A stretch of 50,739 nt of DNA from a virus (Duplodnaviria > Caudoviricetes). The position numbers were made by a program, and so were the translations under genes. Below the pieces are notes generated by a model. It had not been told where the DNA came from. It saw only the letters and a list, made by a program, of their open reading frames with translations, and ran no database searches. The stretch spans positions 1 to 50,739 of the IMG/VR virus record IMGVR_UViG_3300034065_000046; one strand, given 5' to 3'. Positions 46,447-50,739 of this stretch are shown here, in pieces. Every line of letters starts with the position of its first letter. Position 1 is the first letter of the stretch.

Positions 46447-47042
46447 TGACATCTAAAACAGTAGCACTACCATTATTTTCAGGTCTGGATAATTTAATTT
46501 GCTTCTTGCTTATGCAGTATTTCGCTACTAATGTATGGATGTCGCAAGTATTCCAAACTGCTACATATCCATACGTTAAAGATGATTTAGCCAGTATTCA
46601 AAGACCGGCAGTTTTATGCTATCCGCTAGAGAGTAGCAAAAACTCATTTGGATATAGCCAGAATGGTTATATCGTTATGGAATTGCATTTTAGCCTGCAA
46701 GAGCAGCGTGTATCATTAGCACAAAATGTAATACAGATAGCAAACTTAATACAGTTGATTAATTTGAATCAGAAGTTTACCCAATATTTACAAGAATATA
46801 TGGCGGGATTATTTTGGTTTGGCAAGTCGGTAAAAACAGACTATAGGCAAGTTTATCAAGAAGAATCAGTGGTAAAGCTGGTATTCGATTATAATATAGA
46901 CTTATTAGCCTATCAAAAAGAATTACAAAATCAGGGTTACGATATTACAAGTCCTGATGAACAGATTTATGTAGCGGCACAAGCACTATTGGAAACAATA
47001 GCGGTACTTAACCCAGACCAAACAGTGGCATTTGAAGTATAA
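46446..47042 (+). CDS. Tail terminator/neck protein
   Basis: Directly before the sheath gene; RPAVLCYP. Confidence 0.55.
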   Translation: MTSKTVALPLFSGLDNLICFLLMQYFATNVWMSQVFQTATYPYVKDDLASIQRPAVLCYPLESSKNSFGYSQNGYIVMELHFSLQEQRVSLAQNVIQIANLIQLINLNQKFTQYLQEYMAGLFWFGKSVKTDYRQVYQEESVVKLVFDYNIDLLAYQKELQNQGYDITSPDEQIYVAAQALLETIAVLNPDQTVAFEV

Positions 47043-47056
47043 TAAGGAGAATATAA

Positions 47057-48919
47057 ATGACAAGTTTCGTGAGATTTTTAGATATTAACGTTGAGCTTAC
47101 CCCAAATAGCACAACCGGAAATACGACTAAACAGGTATTATTACTCGGTCAGCGATTGACAGATAGTGGTACATTTTACCCAACTACAAACGGGTTTACA
47201 CAGCCAAATTTCTATGAGCCTATACAGTTACCATCATTCCCAAGCGGAGGTGCTGCATTGCAGTATTTAGGTAACTACGGATTGAAATATACTTTAGGTA
47301 TTAATTTTACTGAAACATACCCCGCACCAACTGCGGTAGTATCAGTTAATGGCTTAACTACACTTACATGGTCAAGCGTACCTAATAACTTTAGCCAATT
47401 AACCGATTTTAACTTAACCGGTTCATTAGCGCAAACCTCTCCTAGTTCTGTGAGTGGTAATGTATATTCAGCAGCTATTATCGCTGGTGTAGCTACTATG
47501 GTACTATATGGAATTGTAGCAATAGCTACTGCCGGTAGTTCTGGTGGTACACTAACTCTTACAGGTTTGAATAATGTTGATTATCCAGACCCCGTAGCGA
47601 CTGACCCTATTTGCTTGATGGCTTGGGATTTCTACCAAAGTGCATTATCTGCTTTTGCTTCACCATTTGGTGCGCCAAGTGCATTTATATCTATCCTAGA
47701 TGATAGAACATCAACTATAAATCCAGTAGATACAGCAATTGTATTAGGCGACCCATCAGCGGTAACTACAGGTACAACCTCTACATTGACATTTGCTTCA
47801 GATACCGCCGGTGTAGGCTACTTACCTACTACCACACTTGGAAACTCGATTGTAACGCAGGCTACAAGTGATGCAACAGGCGTTTATGCTGGATATGTGA
47901 TAAGCGGTAGTAATATCATAATTACAGTTACTGGAGTTACAGGCGGTACATTTGTAACTGGTGATAGCGTAAGTATAGCCCTTGATGATGCAGTAAATGC
48001 ATTTGATTACTTGGTAGGTACAAATCTCTATGCTTCAGTGCTGCAATTCCCTATTGCTACATCAGGTAATATTACCAGTCAAGATTCATTCTTTAATGCA
48101 ATAACTGCATATAACGAAGCTAATACAGTATTGAATAACTGGTATTTGAATTATGGTATTGCCGGAAATATAACTGTTCTACCAAATGCGGCAAGTGGTT
48201 TACCTACACCTAATACCCAAGAAAATATCTTAGTTACTTATCCATATATTGCCAAATTCGGTGATATACCATACGATAATGCAGCAGGAACGGTGGGCGG
48301 CGGTAGAGTAGCTTCTGCGGTAGCATATATGTTAGCTAATGGCGATACTCCATTCCCGCCTTTAATGACTGCTACAATTAACCATTTACCGGTATCCAGT
48401 GTGGCATCAACTACAAGTTATTCAGCGGCACAGAATGGTACTGGAGATATAGCAGTAAATCAAGGTTGGCTACCTCTAGCACCAAACAATTTAGGTGTTG
48501 TTACGTTCTTGGAGTCAAATACTACTTTGATAACTATACCTAATACCACTACTCCAGATATAGAGTTTAGATATACTCATATTTGGGATTGTGTACGTTG
48601 GGTTAAATATCAAGTAGCACAACTTTATAATACTATTTCAGTATTGCCATTCAATCAAGGTAGTGCGCTTATATCACCAGCATTTACCAGACAGTTTACA
48701 CAGGGTATTATCGGTATATTGAATCAAGGGCAATTACTCGGTGTGGTACAGAATGTAGCATTGTATGAAAATCTGGTAAGTGTAGTAGAAGATACGCAGA
48801 ATCCTAATCAGGTTGATGCTTATATACCTTGCCAAATGATACCTCAGCTTAATGGTGCAAATGTTTTAATCAACGTATTCAGTGCGCTTTATACGTTCCC
48901 TAATAGTCAAGGAGCTTAA
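47057..48919 (+). CDS. Contractile tail sheath protein
   Basis: 620 aa; VLLLGQ N-terminus, QGWLPL, NPNQVDAYIP C-terminus; followed by the tube gene. Confidence 0.85.
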   Translation: MTSFVRFLDINVELTPNSTTGNTTKQVLLLGQRLTDSGTFYPTTNGFTQPNFYEPIQLPSFPSGGAALQYLGNYGLKYTLGINFTETYPAPTAVVSVNGLTTLTWSSVPNNFSQLTDFNLTGSLAQTSPSSVSGNVYSAAIIAGVATMVLYGIVAIATAGSSGGTLTLTGLNNVDYPDPVATDPICLMAWDFYQSALSAFASPFGAPSAFISILDDRTSTINPVDTAIVLGDPSAVTTGTTSTLTFASDTAGVGYLPTTTLGNSIVTQATSDATGVYAGYVISGSNIIITVTGVTGGTFVTGDSVSIALDDAVNAFDYLVGTNLYASVLQFPIATSGNITSQDSFFNAITAYNEANTVLNNWYLNYGIAGNITVLPNAASGLPTPNTQENILVTYPYIAKFGDIPYDNAAGTVGGGRVASAVAYMLANGDTPFPPLMTATINHLPVSSVASTTSYSAAQNGTGDIAVNQGWLPLAPNNLGVVTFLESNTTLITIPNTTTPDIEFRYTHIWDCVRWVKYQVAQLYNTISVLPFNQGSALISPAFTRQFTQGIIGILNQGQLLGVVQNVALYENLVSVVEDTQNPNQVDAYIPCQMIPQLNGANVLINVFSALYTFPNSQGA

Positions 48920-48924
48920 TAATC

Positions 48925-49350
48925 ATGGCAGCAACTCAATTTTTCTATGACCGCGTGGAAATATATGTAGATGGCGTACAATATTTACCTAATGGGCAAA
49001 TACGTAATTTCAGAATGACCGGTGTTTATACCAGTACACAACAAATGGGCTTCACGCCTACTGGCGCATCTGCCGGTAGTATTGTGGGTGGTAGTAAAGT
49101 AGACCCTGTATCATGGGGCGAGTATTTACCTACAGCAGCCGAATATCAGAATTGGCGCACATTCCTTATTGCTAATCCAAATGTAACGGTAGTAGTTATT
49201 CCAATATCTTTAGCTACAGGCGTACAAGTAGCTCCGAGCTTTAGCATTACTGGACTTAACTGTACTAGCCAAGAGGTTACTGCACCCGGCGAATCTGAAG
49301 CCTGTGGGCGTATTTGCACATTTAATGCACAATTATCAAGCAATATGTAA
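48925..49350 (+). CDS. Tail tube protein
   Basis: 141 aa, beta-rich, directly after the sheath gene. Confidence 0.75.
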   Translation: MAATQFFYDRVEIYVDGVQYLPNGQIRNFRMTGVYTSTQQMGFTPTGASAGSIVGGSKVDPVSWGEYLPTAAEYQNWRTFLIANPNVTVVVIPISLATGVQVAPSFSITGLNCTSQEVTAPGESEACGRICTFNAQLSSNM

Positions 49351-49361
49351 GGAGAATTACA

Positions 49362-49604
49362 ATGTCAAATCAAAGTTATAATAACGTATTGACCCCAATG
49401 GGTACATGGTCAGGTACAACAACCTATAAATCACAAGTAGTATATGGTGGAGTAGCAAACTCTCCTATGTATATATCATGCCCGACTGTTACCTATTCTG
49501 GTCATGTATATTACGCTACTGGCTTTACATCATCAGGAACGGCAAAGCAACCTACATATGGCACTACTCCAGATATGGATACCGGTTGGCAGGAGCTAAT
49601 TTAA
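49362..49604 (+). CDS. Small CBM5/12-like protein
   Basis: GTWSGTTTY...VTYSGHVYY...TP...W. Confidence 0.55.
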   Translation: MSNQSYNNVLTPMGTWSGTTTYKSQVVYGGVANSPMYISCPTVTYSGHVYYATGFTSSGTAKQPTYGTTPDMDTGWQELI

Positions 49605-49605
49605 T

Positions 49606-50229
49606 ATGAGTAAGAGAGATATTATCGAAGCAGCTAATGCAATTCATAAAGAACCATTAGCCAAATTAAAAGCAGATACATTAAACAATGCCAGCGGTAC
49701 AAACCATAGGGCATTAATGCAATATAATGCTATGCTAGATAATATTACAATGGGTGCTGGTACTATCACTACTATAGACTGTGCCGGTATCGATTGGAAG
49801 CTCCGAATATTGACCAGTGATGAATATATCGCTATTAGACTTGATGTGGTGAAAATAGCTAAAGAAAAAGAATGTTTTGATGATTGGTACTTGTATTACC
49901 TCGAAGCATTAAAAACTTTAACTATGGCATGTACGCCATCACCATTCAAGACTGAGGGCGAAACGCTATTTGTCGAAGAAGATTTAAAACTCTTGGCATA
50001 TGATATATTAATAGAGTTATTCAAGCGTTATGTTTTCTTTGTTCATATGGCTACTAAAAAAGCTGAAGAATTTAGCGAAGAAGAATTACAGGCATTAATG
50101 AGTATCGTAAGAAAAAAGCCAGAAGTATTGATGGAATTAGACAGAAGACAATCTGTCTATCTGAACCGATACTTACTAAGCTACTGTGTGAATCTGGAGA
50201 AGATGCTAAAACCAGAGCAAACCAGTTAA
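49606..50229 (+). CDS. Tail assembly chaperone; candidate -1 frameshift at 50112-50118
   Basis: Between tube and tape measure; A_AAA_AAG slippery site; -1 frame open to 50267. Confidence 0.75.
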   Translation: MSKRDIIEAANAIHKEPLAKLKADTLNNASGTNHRALMQYNAMLDNITMGAGTITTIDCAGIDWKLRILTSDEYIAIRLDVVKIAKEKECFDDWYLYYLEALKTLTMACTPSPFKTEGETLFVEEDLKLLAYDILIELFKRYVFFVHMATKKAEEFSEEELQALMSIVRKKPEVLMELDRRQSVYLNRYLLSYCVNLEKMLKPEQTS

Positions 50230-50268
50230 TCTTATTAAGAGCAATTTGTAATAGTGTAGAGGGATGAA

Positions 50269-50739
50269 ATGTCAGATATTAATATTAAGTTTAGCGATGA
50301 TGAAACTGGTAATATTGATAATACATCCGGTCAGCATTTATCAGATATTTTAAACAAACTCACTAATGCAGTTGATAATCTAGCCAAAGCTAGTAAGAGT
50401 GCATCTACTGACTCAACAGCCAAACCAAAACCTACGACAGAAGCCGCAAAAGATAAAGCCGTAGCATTGCCTACGTTTACCAAGTTAAACACTGAATTAG
50501 ATAAAATGGCTATATCAGCCAAAAAACTTAATACAGCATTTGATAAATTAGTAAAATCTAGCGACAAACCCCGTGATACCGAACCATTATTTAATTCAGA
50601 ACGCTCCAGTAATCCATTCAAGGAAGTTACAGAGGGATTTAATCGGGGAGCGCAAGATGCCGGTTATAGCTTAAAGCGAGATTTTGACGAGATTGGCAAG
50701 AATATAAGTAGTACCATTGGTACAGCAATTGCTGCATCG
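50269..50739 (+). CDS. Tail tape measure protein, 5' part (continues across the junction)
   Basis: ATG 50269 with GAGGG RBS; no stop before the window end. Confidence 0.8.
   Translation, partial: MSDINIKFSDDETGNIDNTSGQHLSDILNKLTNAVDNLAKASKSASTDSTAKPKPTTEAAKDKAVALPTFTKLNTELDKMAISAKKLNTAFDKLVKSSDKPRDTEPLFNSERSSNPFKEVTEGFNRGAQDAGYSLKRDFDEIGKNISSTIGTAIAAS
50613..50739. repeat. 127-nt terminal direct repeat (copy 2)
   Basis: Identical to 1-127. Confidence 0.95.

Overview
The window is an apparently complete, circularly permuted ~50.6 kb genome of an AT-rich, contractile-tailed (myovirus-type) dsDNA phage. Bases 1-127 are identical to 50613-50739, and the tape-measure ORF runs across that junction. 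An embedded Rz/Rz1 spanin pair and a GH24 endolysin point to a Gram-negative host. Modules: tail/baseplate/fibres and lysis (1-15.9 kb, +); early recombination and small genes (16-25.9 kb, -: RusA, SSB, PD-(D/E)XK nuclease, Sak4-like ATPase); replication/modification (26-33 kb, +: Cro-like HTH, initiator with iterons, DnaB-like helicase, primase, ParB, SF2 helicase, DNA methyltransferase); packaging, head and tail (33-50.7 kb, +). I saw no integrase, CI-like repressor, polymerase, reverse transcriptase, tRNA or CRISPR array. Main observations: (1) the large terminase gene is fractured by a naturally split intein, with an out-of-frame, separately expressible HNH endonuclease gene between the halves, so protein trans-splicing should be needed to rebuild the nuclease active site; (2) three sequence-unrelated promoter-leader RNAs share one architecture, in which a terminator hairpin loop is perfectly complementary to the loop of the upstream hairpin (kissing loop); (3) candidate -1 frameshifts on both sides of the tape-measure gene, one fusing a lytic transglycosylase to it; (4) a TGCAA-N7-TTGCA operator overlapping several promoters; (5) repeated protease-cleavage-like motifs in protease, scaffold and capsid; (6) rearranged head/tail gene order; (7) apparent GATC avoidance. 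All product calls come from motif recognition and gene context, not database searches.
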